A stretch of DNA of 64,000 nt from a virus. This document shows positions 44,593 to 54,351 of the stretch, one piece after another. Position numbers and translations under genes: made by a program. Every line of letters begins with the position of its first letter. Position 1 is the first letter of the stretch. Under the pieces are notes generated by a model that had not been told where the DNA came from, did not search any database, and worked only from the letters and a program-made list of their open reading frames with translations. The DNA lies in IMG/VR virus record IMGVR_UViG_3300037225_000466, positions 12,845 through 76,844 of that record. One strand, 5' to 3'.

Positions 44593-45393
44593 TTAGTCAT
44601 AAGTTTGTTCCTTGTCATTAACTGGTGGCGGATTGTAATTACCTAAAAAATTCAAAGGTGTTTGCTGCAATAAATCAGAAGCCCTTTGTGCTATATATGG
44701 TGAAGTCTGATAATTCATTCGACCATAAGCAGGATTCCCTGGTCTTATTACAAATGCACTTGTTATAGCATTGAAATTCTCGTCTGGCATTTGAATTAAC
44801 GATTGTTGATTGTCGAAATAATTATTTACGAATTTTTGAGAATTTAAATAATTTGGATGTTTTTCCAATTTATTCGCCGTATCATTATCTCCAGCCGCTC
44901 TCGCTTGGGCTATAAGTGCTTGTGTCTCGTTCACATTTTGCTGATGTTTTATAAAATCCGCCTTCGCACTATTTGCATAATTTACTTTCTTGTTCCAAAC
45001 TAACTCTTTACCGAAAGCATCTTTCTCAGGCAAAGTCTGTTTGTACGCCTGGATATTTTTCAAAGCCTCATTGAGCATATTGACTTTTTGAAACTGAGGG
45101 TTTATATAAGATGACACATTTGGGTTTCCTGTATATCCACTTACATCCCCCGAAGCATCGTAAACATTTTGTATCCCATTATTATATTGGTCTGATTTGT
45201 GCAGCAACATATTGCTCTGAGGACTCCCTAAGGGATATTTTGCGGCTTCTTTTATTAAATCCGAAGCACCCTTCATCTTCTCGGCAAGTAGTCCATATCT
45301 ATTTTGTTGGTCTTGAATCGCTACATTCTGCAAACCTTCAAAATTATCAGGTTTCGCTTCTGCTAATACTGGGTTTTCTAAATATCCTCTCAT
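44593..45393 (-). CDS. Putative internal virion protein
   Basis: Q/N-rich, helical; position. Confidence 0.55.
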   Translation of the reverse strand: MRGYLENPVLAEAKPDNFEGLQNVAIQDQQNRYGLLAEKMKGASDLIKEAAKYPLGSPQSNMLLHKSDQYNNGIQNVYDASGDVSGYTGNPNVSSYINPQFQKVNMLNEALKNIQAYKQTLPEKDAFGKELVWNKKVNYANSAKADFIKHQQNVNETQALIAQARAAGDNDTANKLEKHPNYLNSQKFVNNYFDNQQSLIQMPDENFNAITSAFVIRPGNPAYGRMNYQTSPYIAQRASDLLQQTPLNFLGNYNPPPVNDKEQTYD

Positions 45394-46340
45394 TATGATT
45401 TTCCTCCTAAAGATATACCATTTGGAAATAAATTAGGTAAAGAGCCGTTCTCTGTTGGCATTTCTGTATTCCCAGCATTCGGATTGTTTGAATAATACTT
45501 TTGCCACAACGGGCTCATTGAGTTCCAATAGTTTTGTGCTCCCTGATTGGAAATGGCGTTCATCCCTTGTTTACCCATTCCTGCCGCAAGTCCAGCAAGC
45601 GGGTTCTCAACGTTATCCGCAGTAGCCAAAGCCCCTTCTGTATTCATCCCGGCCATTGCACCTATCGGTGCTTCCGCTCCATGTATCTTAGCGGCAAAAG
45701 GCTGTACATTCGTGGCGAATTGCTGTGCTTTATCTTGATTTAGCAATTCAGAGGCTCCATGTTGGAACGAGCCAGCCTGACCTAATGCTCCCTGCATTAA
45801 CTTCCCAGACTCTCCGAGTGCCTGTGCATTGCTTCCACCAATCCCTTCTCCGAGTTTTGCAATCATTCCCATTCGTGCCGAGGCAGGTGTACCAGCACTA
45901 TTCTTGAGAACGTCCCGCAATCCTCCGTATTGGCTTTGCTGAGCTTTCAAAGCCTGTTGTCCGCCGAGCAAAGCGTTAGAAACTCCTTCTCTGCCGTAAG
46001 CGTTCATAGCGTTAGCCGCAGATTTCGCTTGTGCGGTATTCCCCAAAGAAGCTAATTTTTGCTGGAATGTATTCCCGACCGCTTGCCCTGTCTGACCTGC
46101 TTCGTTATACATCCCCGCCTGATTTAAGGCTCCTTGCTTTTGAATAGCCATATTATAAGCGTTTTCCTGTGCGGTTTTAATCAACTTCTGCGTCTGGGCA
46201 CTCCCTGAAAGAAATCCGCCAGTGAGCTCGTCGATTCCTCTGCCGAGAAGATTTCCAGCCGTACCAGCAATCCCTCCGCCAAGTAAAGACATAAGCCCAT
46301 CTCCGCCGCCGCCAAATAATAAATCCATTAAACCTGCCAT
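45393..46340 (-). CDS. Putative ejection/pilot protein
   Basis: Gly-zipper N-terminus (LLGGGIAGTAGNLLG); A/G/Q-rich body. Confidence 0.6.
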   Translation of the reverse strand: MAGLMDLLFGGGGDGLMSLLGGGIAGTAGNLLGRGIDELTGGFLSGSAQTQKLIKTAQENAYNMAIQKQGALNQAGMYNEAGQTGQAVGNTFQQKLASLGNTAQAKSAANAMNAYGREGVSNALLGGQQALKAQQSQYGGLRDVLKNSAGTPASARMGMIAKLGEGIGGSNAQALGESGKLMQGALGQAGSFQHGASELLNQDKAQQFATNVQPFAAKIHGAEAPIGAMAGMNTEGALATADNVENPLAGLAAGMGKQGMNAISNQGAQNYWNSMSPLWQKYYSNNPNAGNTEMPTENGSLPNLFPNGISLGGKS

Positions 46341-46351
46341 AATTTTTCCCT

Positions 46352-48304
46352 TTATATTGCTCGAATTTCTGTTGTTCTAAAATGTATAACACAATTTATA
46401 TCTGTGCCGCCTGCCCCTATCCCATAATTTAAATAAAACTCTATATAAGGTTTATCATACTGTGGTATTCCACCCACTATATCCCATTTAATAGACATCC
46501 TTAGCTTCCAACTTTTTGCATTTTCTACATTCCAAAAATTTGGCATTTGGTCAGTGATGACTGGCCACAACTGCGTGTCGGCTATGTCGGGCGGACTACT
46601 TGTATGTCTCACTATAACTCCAGTCCAGCCTAATCCTGAAAACCCTGAAAGCCCATGATAAGAAGGACACCAGACCGCTGCTTGCATACTATTGGTTCTC
46701 TTTTTCGCAACAGCCAATATTTCCCAAGCGAAAGCAAAGTTATCTGGGATATAAAATCTTCCAGTCGCTCCAGGTCCATTAAGTACCATTTCTTGTGGCC
46801 CGTCCCCACTACCCGTTGTCCCTAACAAATAATCGCTTCTCTGTGCCGTTCCATATCTTGTATAATCGTTTGTTCCATGTGGATCGCCAATAAATGCAGC
46901 ATGAGCCTCTTGCCCGAATACCCTTACTCTGCCATAGGCACCGCCAGAAATCGTACCGACTTGGACATTATTATAAGATGAATTAAAAGAAGTATCTGGA
47001 GTAATAATATTATTGTATCCTCCACTTATTGCTCCCCAATCCGCTTCGCCAGAATAGCCATAAATATAATTTTCGCTGCCACCCCCTATGACTCCCCACG
47101 CTCCCTGTATAATATTTTCGCCGCCACCCCCTATCGAAGACTTACCGCCTGTGTCCCCTGCAACCTGTGGATATATCTGATTGTAATAGCCACCACTAAC
47201 TACATTTTGCAACCCACACACAATATTTGCATAACCGCCGCCAATGACAGCGTAGTCGCTTCCCGCTGTGTTCGGTGCCATTATTCGATTGTCTTTACCC
47301 CCAGCAATTACGTTCCAGCTGCCCTCCGCAACCATATTCGCTGCTGTTCGGTTCATCTGTAAATCTACCGACTGTGGTCCACGTTTATTCCCGCCTACTG
47401 CTGTTGCATCTGGGACTTGCAGCATAAAAGAACCTGCGCCAACTGGACTTATCACAGCATCCATGTGGTCGCCAGAAGTATTGTCTCTATAATGAGGATA
47501 AAATTGGCTTACCTTTATCGTTCGATTGTCGGCTACATTCCCAGAAACTCCGTGATACTGGTCATCTTTTGCTTCTTCCCAATAATTTAACTGTGCAGGA
47601 TAGCCACTTATCCCAGACCATCCAGAAGTTCCAGAAAAGCCACTGTATCCAGAAAAGCTACTATATCCAGAGTATCCCGACCTGCCGCTGAATCCTGAAA
47701 TTCCTGAGAATCCACTTGTCCCTGAATAGCCCGATTTCCCACTAAATCCACTTGTACCAGAATAACCGCTATAACCGCTTATTCCAGAATATCCTGATAT
47801 CCCCGAATAACCGCTTATACCACTAAATCCAGAGAACCCACTGAATCCACTTGCCGCCTCACCACCGTTTAATCCACTGAATCCACTTACGCCAGACCAC
47901 CCGCTTATTCCTGAATACCCACTATACCCACTTCTGCCGCTATAACCTGAGATGCCACTAAATCCACTCGCCGAAGCATCCCCATTTAATCCTGAATAGC
48001 CACTCACTCCAGAAAAACCTTGGTCTCCTTTATCTCCTTTGTCGCCTTTCCCTGATTTGATGGGAGAAAGAGCAGGCGTATTGTCTACCGTCTGCCCTCC
48101 ACCCATTGTTACTTGTTTTATTACTTCTGTCGTTTTCTCGGAAACTTTTGTAGTCAATCTTCTTAACTCATCATTCGCCATCGCAGTCCCTTGTTTCGTG
48201 CTGAAATCAGGGATATCCACAAATGTATTTTTGTTCGGGTTCGGGTCTTTCGTCCCGCCGAATTTTACACTTGTAGTTTTTGGCGTTTGAACTATTTTCT
48301 TCAT
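46352..48304 (-). CDS. Tail fibre with (Ser-Gly-X)n stalk and beta-roll head repeats
   Basis: About 140-aa SGF/SGY/SGI tract; six GG..N.I repeats; start at MKKIVQ via ATGA overlap. Confidence 0.7.
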   Translation of the reverse strand: MKKIVQTPKTTSVKFGGTKDPNPNKNTFVDIPDFSTKQGTAMANDELRRLTTKVSEKTTEVIKQVTMGGGQTVDNTPALSPIKSGKGDKGDKGDQGFSGVSGYSGLNGDASASGFSGISGYSGRSGYSGYSGISGWSGVSGFSGLNGGEAASGFSGFSGFSGISGYSGISGYSGISGYSGYSGTSGFSGKSGYSGTSGFSGISGFSGRSGYSGYSSFSGYSGFSGTSGWSGISGYPAQLNYWEEAKDDQYHGVSGNVADNRTIKVSQFYPHYRDNTSGDHMDAVISPVGAGSFMLQVPDATAVGGNKRGPQSVDLQMNRTAANMVAEGSWNVIAGGKDNRIMAPNTAGSDYAVIGGGYANIVCGLQNVVSGGYYNQIYPQVAGDTGGKSSIGGGGENIIQGAWGVIGGGSENYIYGYSGEADWGAISGGYNNIITPDTSFNSSYNNVQVGTISGGAYGRVRVFGQEAHAAFIGDPHGTNDYTRYGTAQRSDYLLGTTGSGDGPQEMVLNGPGATGRFYIPDNFAFAWEILAVAKKRTNSMQAAVWCPSYHGLSGFSGLGWTGVIVRHTSSPPDIADTQLWPVITDQMPNFWNVENAKSWKLRMSIKWDIVGGIPQYDKPYIEFYLNYGIGAGGTDINCVIHFRTTEIRAI

Positions 48305-48882
48305 AACTCCATTAAAGAATAACTTAAACCTACAAAAACTCCGACACAATTGCCCCAACCGCTTCCTACCAATCCGCCTCCTGCTCCCAGACCAATAGTT
48401 ATATGCCACTTCTTATGGATTATCATAGTGTCGACTCTTGATAAAGAAAGGATAGTATCAGGTCTGAATCGAATTACCGTACTCAGGAGGTTTTCTGGAA
48501 AGGCGTAAGAGCTTCTGATACTATCCCCTCGTGCAATCGTGTCAATCTCACTCGTGAATGGCTTTGTCAGAATATAGTTCTGAACCTCGCCAAATTTTAT
48601 TATTTTTCTTTCTAAAGATTTGTTACTATTAAAAATGTCCGCCGTATAATCCAAAGTGTCGCAAGGCGTTATTATCGTGTCATGCAATAGTTTGGTCCTG
48701 AAAGTCACCTGCCCCTCACCCTCAATTATCAATGGTGGCTGAGTAGTGATGATCCTCAACGTGTCTGTCTTGCCTTTCACATACTCCACAGTTCCCTTGG
48801 AATGGAATACTGTCAGCATCAGGGCGACACCTAATGCTATCCCGATACCTATTGAAAGTGCGTAATATTTTACATTACTCAT
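48301..48882 (-). CDS. Putative spanin-like membrane protein
   Basis: N-terminal TM; DT-repeat body; C-terminal amphipathic beta strands; lysis cassette. Confidence 0.5.
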   Translation of the reverse strand: MSNVKYYALSIGIGIALGVALMLTVFHSKGTVEYVKGKTDTLRIITTQPPLIIEGEGQVTFRTKLLHDTIITPCDTLDYTADIFNSNKSLERKIIKFGEVQNYILTKPFTSEIDTIARGDSIRSSYAFPENLLSTVIRFRPDTILSLSRVDTMIIHKKWHITIGLGAGGGLVGSGWGNCVGVFVGLSYSLMEL

Positions 48883-48983
48883 TTTTTGCCCGTTGGTTTT
48901 TTAACAAGTTTCACAAACGACTTTGGTGTGGCTACCTTTATCATTGGAGACGGCACTTTAGGTGCTGGTTTTGATTTTGCCAT
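48879..48983 (-). CDS. Lys/Pro-rich peptide MAKSKPAPKVPSPMIKVATPKSFVKLVKKPTGKK
   Basis: Own translation; GGAGG RBS; ATGA overlap. Confidence 0.7.
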   Translation of the reverse strand: MAKSKPAPKVPSPMIKVATPKSFVKLVKKPTGKK

Positions 48984-48984
48984 G

Positions 48985-49047
48985 TTACTTTCCTCCCTTT
49001 GGTTTTTTAACTTTTTTGCTTGGTCCTTTTTTAGTCTTTTTACCCAC
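48985..49047 (-). CDS. Lys-rich peptide MGKKTKKGPSKKVKKPKGGK
   Basis: Own translation; GTG start with GGAGG RBS. Confidence 0.5.
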   Translation of the reverse strand: MGKKTKKGPSKKVKKPKGGK

Positions 49048-49105
49048 AATTCTTCCCTCCTTTTACTGGTTTTGGTTTGGGTTTTGGTGCTGGTTTCTTT
49101 GCCAT
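49040..49105 (-). CDS. Lys/Pro-rich peptide MAKKPAPKPKPKPVKGGKNCG
   Basis: Own translation; TAAGGAG RBS. Confidence 0.65.
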   Translation of the reverse strand: MAKKPAPKPKPKPVKGGKNCG

Positions 49106-49121
49106 GTTTCTTCTCCTTAAA

Positions 49122-49766
49122 TTAATGAATAAACGGCAGTCTTATTACTGCCAGTAAAGTTATATAGTCTCTTGTTCTTTCCCGAACTCTGTCTCCATTA
49201 CTTGAGCCTGCTTTGTTGGTATTGCCCTCGCAGGTTGCAGTGACTCTCATGCTTTGCATATATTCTATTAGCCCTGTGTGCCCTGACCAATCTTTGCCAA
49301 TATCTGCTTCCACACTTTTCCCTTCCTTCATACAGAATATATCAGCAGGCTTTATAAGTTTATATGCTCCAATTTTCTTCATCGAAATTACCTGTAAACC
49401 AGAACCTATCTTTTTTGCATATCTTAATTGAGTCGCCACCCTTGCGGTTTTCATTAACGGGTTCGGTCTACCTTCGGCTTTGAAAGTCTTATCTACCATA
49501 TTGTAAACATAAATCATGCACCAATAAGGTCCTTCCTGAAAAGGATTTTTAGGGATTGCTATTCCTACATTTAAAGCCCATACGTCTATTTCAGGACTAC
49601 GATTGATAGGTTTACCATTATGATAGATTTCTCTTACATAAGTATAATGTCTCGCAGTGTCTATAAGAGCAGGAACCTTACAAAGACACGGCAAGGGCAA
49701 CAGCAAGGATAAAGAAACCACTATCCAAACTGATTGCAATCGAATCCTGAGAGATTTTCTCATCAT
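49122..49766 (-). CDS. CHAP-domain endolysin with signal-peptide-like N-terminus
   Basis: PYWCMIYV; GHTGLIE; TCEGNT. Confidence 0.8.
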   Translation of the reverse strand: MMRKSLRIRLQSVWIVVSLSLLLPLPCLCKVPALIDTARHYTYVREIYHNGKPINRSPEIDVWALNVGIAIPKNPFQEGPYWCMIYVYNMVDKTFKAEGRPNPLMKTARVATQLRYAKKIGSGLQVISMKKIGAYKLIKPADIFCMKEGKSVEADIGKDWSGHTGLIEYMQSMRVTATCEGNTNKAGSSNGDRVRERTRDYITLLAVIRLPFIH

Positions 49767-50010
49767 TTTTGAAATCCTTTCGGTGAAACAAAAACTTGTA
49801 AATCATAAACATCGCAAAAACGAGACCTACGTTTAGGATTTTATTCGCAATCGTAACCAAATCAACCTGTGTTACGGTAATAAAAATTATCGTAAAAGCA
49901 ATTCCCACCGCAAAAATGATAAGTGAGAAAAGCAAGTTGCTTGTTATGTGCCTGAAAAAGCCAACTGGTTTAGGTGTTGATTCAGGCGTATTAGTTGTTT
50001 CGTCAGCCAT
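49678..50010 (-). CDS. Putative holin (3 TM)
   Basis: Three hydrophobic segments; overlaps the endolysin. Confidence 0.6.
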   Translation of the reverse strand: MADETTNTPESTPKPVGFFRHITSNLLFSLIIFAVGIAFTIIFITVTQVDLVTIANKILNVGLVFAMFMIYKFLFHRKDFKNDEKISQDSIAISLDSGFFILAVALAVSL

Positions 50011-50402
50011 CAGTTCTTTTCCTCAATATGTTTAACAATCATTGCCTTAAGGTCGATAAATTTATCGTCAAAATTATCGAACCTTGTATTCGTTAATTCT
50101 TTCATATCAGCAAAACCTTGTGTCAAAACCTTAACATCAGTGTTTCTCATACCTTTTACGAGATTTATGTCTTCCTGCATTGTCCCAAATCTTATTTCTG
50201 TCGCCAACTCTCTGTCCGACCTGCAAGAACGAAAAGCAGTTTCAAGGGCAGCGAGTCTGTCGAAATGCTCCTTGTCCTCTTTGTCGGTGTACTGTTTTTC
50301 TTCTTTTTTCGTGTTCCTATTCACAATCCTGTACATTAGAACACTCGTTACGAACATCCCAGCCGTTGCTATCGATAATATTATATTTGCCATATTCACC
50401 AT
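50010..50402 (-). CDS. Membrane-anchored coiled-coil protein (holin/antiholin-like)
   Basis: N-terminal TM plus coiled coil. Confidence 0.45.
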   Translation of the reverse strand: MVNMANIILSIATAGMFVTSVLMYRIVNRNTKKEEKQYTDKEDKEHFDRLAALETAFRSCRSDRELATEIRFGTMQEDINLVKGMRNTDVKVLTQGFADMKELTNTRFDNFDDKFIDLKAMIVKHIEEKN

Positions 50403-50410
50403 AAACTCCC

Positions 50411-51391
50411 TTAAATTATCATTTGTATTTTATTTAACCCTGGAATCGTATAAGTTATTGTCAATTTTGGTTTATTCGTCGTATCGTCCGCCGTATTACA
50501 TTGCAAAATATAATAATCTTGGAAATAATTGCCTGAATAACCATCCAAATCTAAGTTGCCCCTATACATAAAAGAAGTAATCCCCAACGTTGAAAGATGG
50601 GACAAACCCGCTGCATTTAACGCCATATCCTTATATTGATTCCATGTTGTTGTTTTACAATTTATCCTCGTTACATACTCAATCGCACCAGTTATAGTAA
50701 CACCAGCACTATAATCTCCAATCACTACGTTCGATGTCGACGCAGGTGTGCAAGAACATACCCCCATAGTAAACGTTAGAGTCCCATAGGTAGCATTTGT
50801 AGGATATATTGATAAAGTACCAGCAGTTATATTCGCACCTACCAAACTCGTTAAATCAAAATTGCTTATAGTCCTCATTATTTGATTATTACCGCCTCCA
50901 TTGGAACTATTAACAGCCAATACTGTGAAATAATTTGCAATAGAAGCATAAGCAGAATTTGCATTTGTATAATTTCTACGAGTATCCCAATCGATTGTAG
51001 TAATTGCATTTGAAACCAATAATCCATCGCAGGGACTAACTGCACCTGCCGCCGAATAAAATGGAGTGCTGTCGTATCCCAAATTTAATGCAGGACAATA
51101 TTTATTCGCAAAACCTATATCAAATCTGTGCATTAAATTCCATATTCCATGTAACCTATAATACAGACTCTTTGCTATTGGTTCTCTACTCCAAAATTGA
51201 CCAATCCTATATTCCCTATCCAATCCTAAATGAAAAGAATTTGGAGTTATTTTCATTACTGGTAGATAAGAATCAAATTCCGTAATACCTAAAACTTCTC
51301 TCGCCCTTTCCCGTACACTTGGTATAGGAAAATTTAAGGCTATTTTAAGCCAGTGCTGATTTTTCTCAAACCATATTTTATCAAATACCAT
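50411..51391 (-). CDS. Putative receptor-binding protein (DNRLRE/CBM96-like beta domain) with paralogous N-domain
   Basis: MRTISNFDLTSL...ITAGTLSIY...NKPKLTITYT. Confidence 0.55.
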   Translation of the reverse strand: MVFDKIWFEKNQHWLKIALNFPIPSVRERAREVLGITEFDSYLPVMKITPNSFHLGLDREYRIGQFWSREPIAKSLYYRLHGIWNLMHRFDIGFANKYCPALNLGYDSTPFYSAAGAVSPCDGLLVSNAITTIDWDTRRNYTNANSAYASIANYFTVLAVNSSNGGGNNQIMRTISNFDLTSLVGANITAGTLSIYPTNATYGTLTFTMGVCSCTPASTSNVVIGDYSAGVTITGAIEYVTRINCKTTTWNQYKDMALNAAGLSHLSTLGITSFMYRGNLDLDGYSGNYFQDYYILQCNTADDTTNKPKLTITYTIPGLNKIQMII

Positions 51392-52893
51392 TACGAATAA
51401 TCCATCTGTACTGAAATAATTAAATTCTTCGGCGAACCATTTATTGCTGTTACTACTGGGGCAATCACATCGTTATCCGCTACGCTCACTGGTGTCGGCG
51501 TGACTTCTGCTACTGTCTGTGCCGCTGTTAAACTTGTGAATCCAGTAATATCACTGCCATTTTTTTGCAACTTAAAGCTAACTGATGTGCCGCCATTTAT
51601 TCTATATCTGCATTTCGATAATTGTAAAGTCCTTCCACTTCCTACTGCCGCAAACATTGGGTTGATAAAATCTGTATCCCCATTTGGTACATTCACCGGA
51701 CCTGGAATTGTCCATGTATGAGGGAACCTAAATGTTGCTGGATTTCCACTAAATCCTGAATAACCGCTTGTTCCAATCCCTGAGTAACCTGAAAAACCCG
51801 AAGTACCAATTCCTGAAAATCCGCTAATACCACTAAATCCTGAAATTCCACTAAAACCGCTTATTCCAGAGAAACCGCTTGTGCCACTAAACCCTGAAAT
51901 CCCAGAAAATCCACTTATTCCACTAAATCCAGAAGTACCAATTCCTGAAAATCCTGAGAATCCAGAAGTCCCTGCTGGTCCAGTACCGCTCGTTCCGCTG
52001 AATCCAGAAATTCCTGAAAATCCTGAAATACCACTATACCCCGAACTACCAGGATTATTCCCAGAATATCCACTGAATCCACTATCACCTTGTGCCCCCG
52101 AAAAACCAGAATAGCCCGATTTGCCAGAATAACCCGCACCGCTTTGTCCAGAATATCCACTCAATCCCATTGGTCCAGTAGCTCCAGTTCCGCCGCTGAA
52201 ACCTGAGTATCCCGAATATCCCATTGGTCCGCTGTAACCTGAATAGCCAGATGCCCCAATTCCAGAAAATCCGCTCAGTCCACTTAGTCCAACATAACCT
52301 GAATATCCAGAAAAGCCAGAGTAACCCGAATCGCCTTGCATCGAAGCACTCTCGCCAGAGAATCCTGAAAAACCGCTAATCCCAGAATAACCAGAGTTCC
52401 CTTGCGGTCCAGTCCCACTCGCTCCGCTAAATCCAGAGAATCCCGAAGTTCCTGACCTACCAGAAGTTCCACTGTACCCCGATTGTCCTTGCCCCGAAAA
52501 ACCTGAGTAACCTGATGTCCCAACTCCTGAAAATCCACTTGCTCCAGTTTCGCCAGTTTGCCCTGAAATCCCAGAAAATCCAGAAAATCCACTATAACTT
52601 GAATAACCAGAAAACCCACTAAATCCTGAGAATCCCGACTGTCCTTGTCCAGAAAAACCCGAAAAGCCAGAAACACTCTGCCCTGAAAATCCCGAATACC
52701 CCGAAGTGCCAGTATCGCCTTTTTGTCCGCTGAAACCAGAGTATCCCGCTCCAGAATAAGAGACTTGCATTGGAATAAGGGTACCGTTTTCAGAGCCGAT
52801 TAAACCAGTATAGCCTTCTAATGAAGGAATGTGAAGAAAATCTCCTCTTAGATACTTAACGTCTTCCCGTCTTTTCTTAAAAATATTACTCAT
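51391..52893 (-). CDS. (Ser-Gly-X)n fibre protein
   Basis: About 335-aa triplet tract plus C-terminal beta domain. Confidence 0.7.
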   Translation of the reverse strand: MSNIFKKRREDVKYLRGDFLHIPSLEGYTGLIGSENGTLIPMQVSYSGAGYSGFSGQKGDTGTSGYSGFSGQSVSGFSGFSGQGQSGFSGFSGFSGYSSYSGFSGFSGISGQTGETGASGFSGVGTSGYSGFSGQGQSGYSGTSGRSGTSGFSGFSGASGTGPQGNSGYSGISGFSGFSGESASMQGDSGYSGFSGYSGYVGLSGLSGFSGIGASGYSGYSGPMGYSGYSGFSGGTGATGPMGLSGYSGQSGAGYSGKSGYSGFSGAQGDSGFSGYSGNNPGSSGYSGISGFSGISGFSGTSGTGPAGTSGFSGFSGIGTSGFSGISGFSGISGFSGTSGFSGISGFSGISGFSGISGFSGIGTSGFSGYSGIGTSGYSGFSGNPATFRFPHTWTIPGPVNVPNGDTDFINPMFAAVGSGRTLQLSKCRYRINGGTSVSFKLQKNGSDITGFTSLTAAQTVAEVTPTPVSVADNDVIAPVVTAINGSPKNLIISVQMDYS

Positions 52894-52917
52894 AGTTTTC
52901 TCAATTTATATTTAAAA

Positions 52918-53877
52918 TTAAAATCTCATAAAAGGAAATGGCGGTTTTGTTGCCGTCCCTCCCCCTGCGGTATATGTTATTACAAGTTTAGGATAGTAGC
53001 CTGCACCTTTTTCAGCAAACCAACAGCCATTGCGATAACTTGAAGTTCCACAAGTTACATTTGAATAATCGTGGTCGTATTCTCTTGCACTTATTTTGCA
53101 GGCAGAATTATTGTTAATCCATGTATAATCATTTAAAGTTATATCATTATATCCAGTATTATTCCATGAAGTAGTTTTACCGAGATAAAGTCCTGTAAAC
53201 GCTTGAAAATCTGATGTTGTCAATGTTGCCGATTGTGTACCTTTCATTACACACGCATTACTTTCTTTGCCATCATCACAAGAATTATTAAAAGACATAG
53301 TTGCCGCACTCACGGTTTTACCACTTCCCATTGAGGAAGTATCAAAATAAAAAAACCCACGAAAAATAAATATATCTGGACTTTGAAACCTTGCCCCCAT
53401 ACACCAAAAATCATTTGCAGTATGATAAGCCCAATCGCCAGGAGATTTATCGTGTACGGTTGCCCAAACCGCACCGCCATAAGCATATACATACCCATCC
53501 GCCGTTGTACTATTTGCCGTTATTGAATCATATCCCATATTAAAGGCAGGAAAAAATCTATTTGCTATTCTCATATCCCATGAATGAATAGGCATTAAAA
53601 TACGCTCAAAGTTCTTCCTAATATGATTGCTATTTGAATCCAAAGAATAAAAATTACCCATTCTTATATCTTTGTCCACTTGGTAATGTACAGAGTTTCC
53701 TGTTATCTTTGCTATCTTATATTTCGGGTCTAAGTGGTCACAACAAATAATATTATCTCGGAAATATTCACGTACACGAGGTATAGGATTATTTAATAAA
53801 AGCAATAACGGATATTGATTTAATCTATACCAACTTCTTGAACCAAATTCAGGTAATATTTTAGCTACATGAATCAT
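52918..53877 (-). CDS. Putative receptor-binding protein (DNRLRE/CBM96-like), paralog of 50411..51391
   Basis: FRGFFYFDTSSM...VSAATMSF...YPKLVITYT. Confidence 0.55.
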   Translation of the reverse strand: MIHVAKILPEFGSRSWYRLNQYPLLLLLNNPIPRVREYFRDNIICCDHLDPKYKIAKITGNSVHYQVDKDIRMGNFYSLDSNSNHIRKNFERILMPIHSWDMRIANRFFPAFNMGYDSITANSTTADGYVYAYGGAVWATVHDKSPGDWAYHTANDFWCMGARFQSPDIFIFRGFFYFDTSSMGSGKTVSAATMSFNNSCDDGKESNACVMKGTQSATLTTSDFQAFTGLYLGKTTSWNNTGYNDITLNDYTWINNNSACKISAREYDHDYSNVTCGTSSYRNGCWFAEKGAGYYPKLVITYTAGGGTATKPPFPFMRF

Positions 53878-54067
53878 ATATAAATTTGATTGTGATTAGA
53901 ATTGCGAACAAAATAAATACAATCGTATTATAAGCAAAGACAGCAACAACGATTCGAGTACATTTATCTATTAATTTCCGCCCTATATTATAATGACTTA
54001 TAAAAACAGGCACTGCAAACATCAATATTACTTCTAAACAAGCATTTATAACATAGACTGACTTCAT
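53861..54067 (-). CDS. Small two-TM membrane protein
   Basis: Two hydrophobic segments. Confidence 0.5.
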   Translation of the reverse strand: MKSVYVINACLEVILMFAVPVFISHYNIGRKLIDKCTRIVVAVFAYNTIVFILFAILITIKFIYDSCS

Positions 54068-54085
54068 TAATTTACCTTCATATAA

Positions 54086-54334
54086 TTAAGCATATTTAGT
54101 TTTCACTACTTCCAAATATGAATTTAAAAACCTATCCCTTTCTTCGTCAGTTACATCAAGTTGTAAACCAAAGACTATATGTTCTTTTAATTCTGAACTA
54201 AGTACACAAGGAATATCTTCCCCTGTAATCTCGTCTTTTTGCGTACCTCTTACAACGTCATTGAAGTTTACATCAACTCGTCTGATGCCTTCAGAATCCT
54301 TTTTGTCGTCATAATTAATTTGATATTCTATCAT
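54086..54334 (-). CDS. Hypothetical protein (possible fibre chaperone)
   Basis: Acidic; directly after a fibre gene. Confidence 0.5.
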   Translation of the reverse strand: MIEYQINYDDKKDSEGIRRVDVNFNDVVRGTQKDEITGEDIPCVLSSELKEHIVFGLQLDVTDEERDRFLNSYLEVVKTKYA

Positions 54335-54351
54335 ATTATTATCCTTTCATT

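Noticed and set aside
48886-49125. Phe/Leu-rich + strand ORF resembling a membrane protein
   Set aside because: Antisense of the three Lys-rich peptides, which have RBSs and match the operon direction.
50411-53877. Diversity-generating retroelement acting on the adhesin paralogs
   Set aside because: No reverse transcriptase in the window, and no near-identical TR/VR pair differing at adenines.
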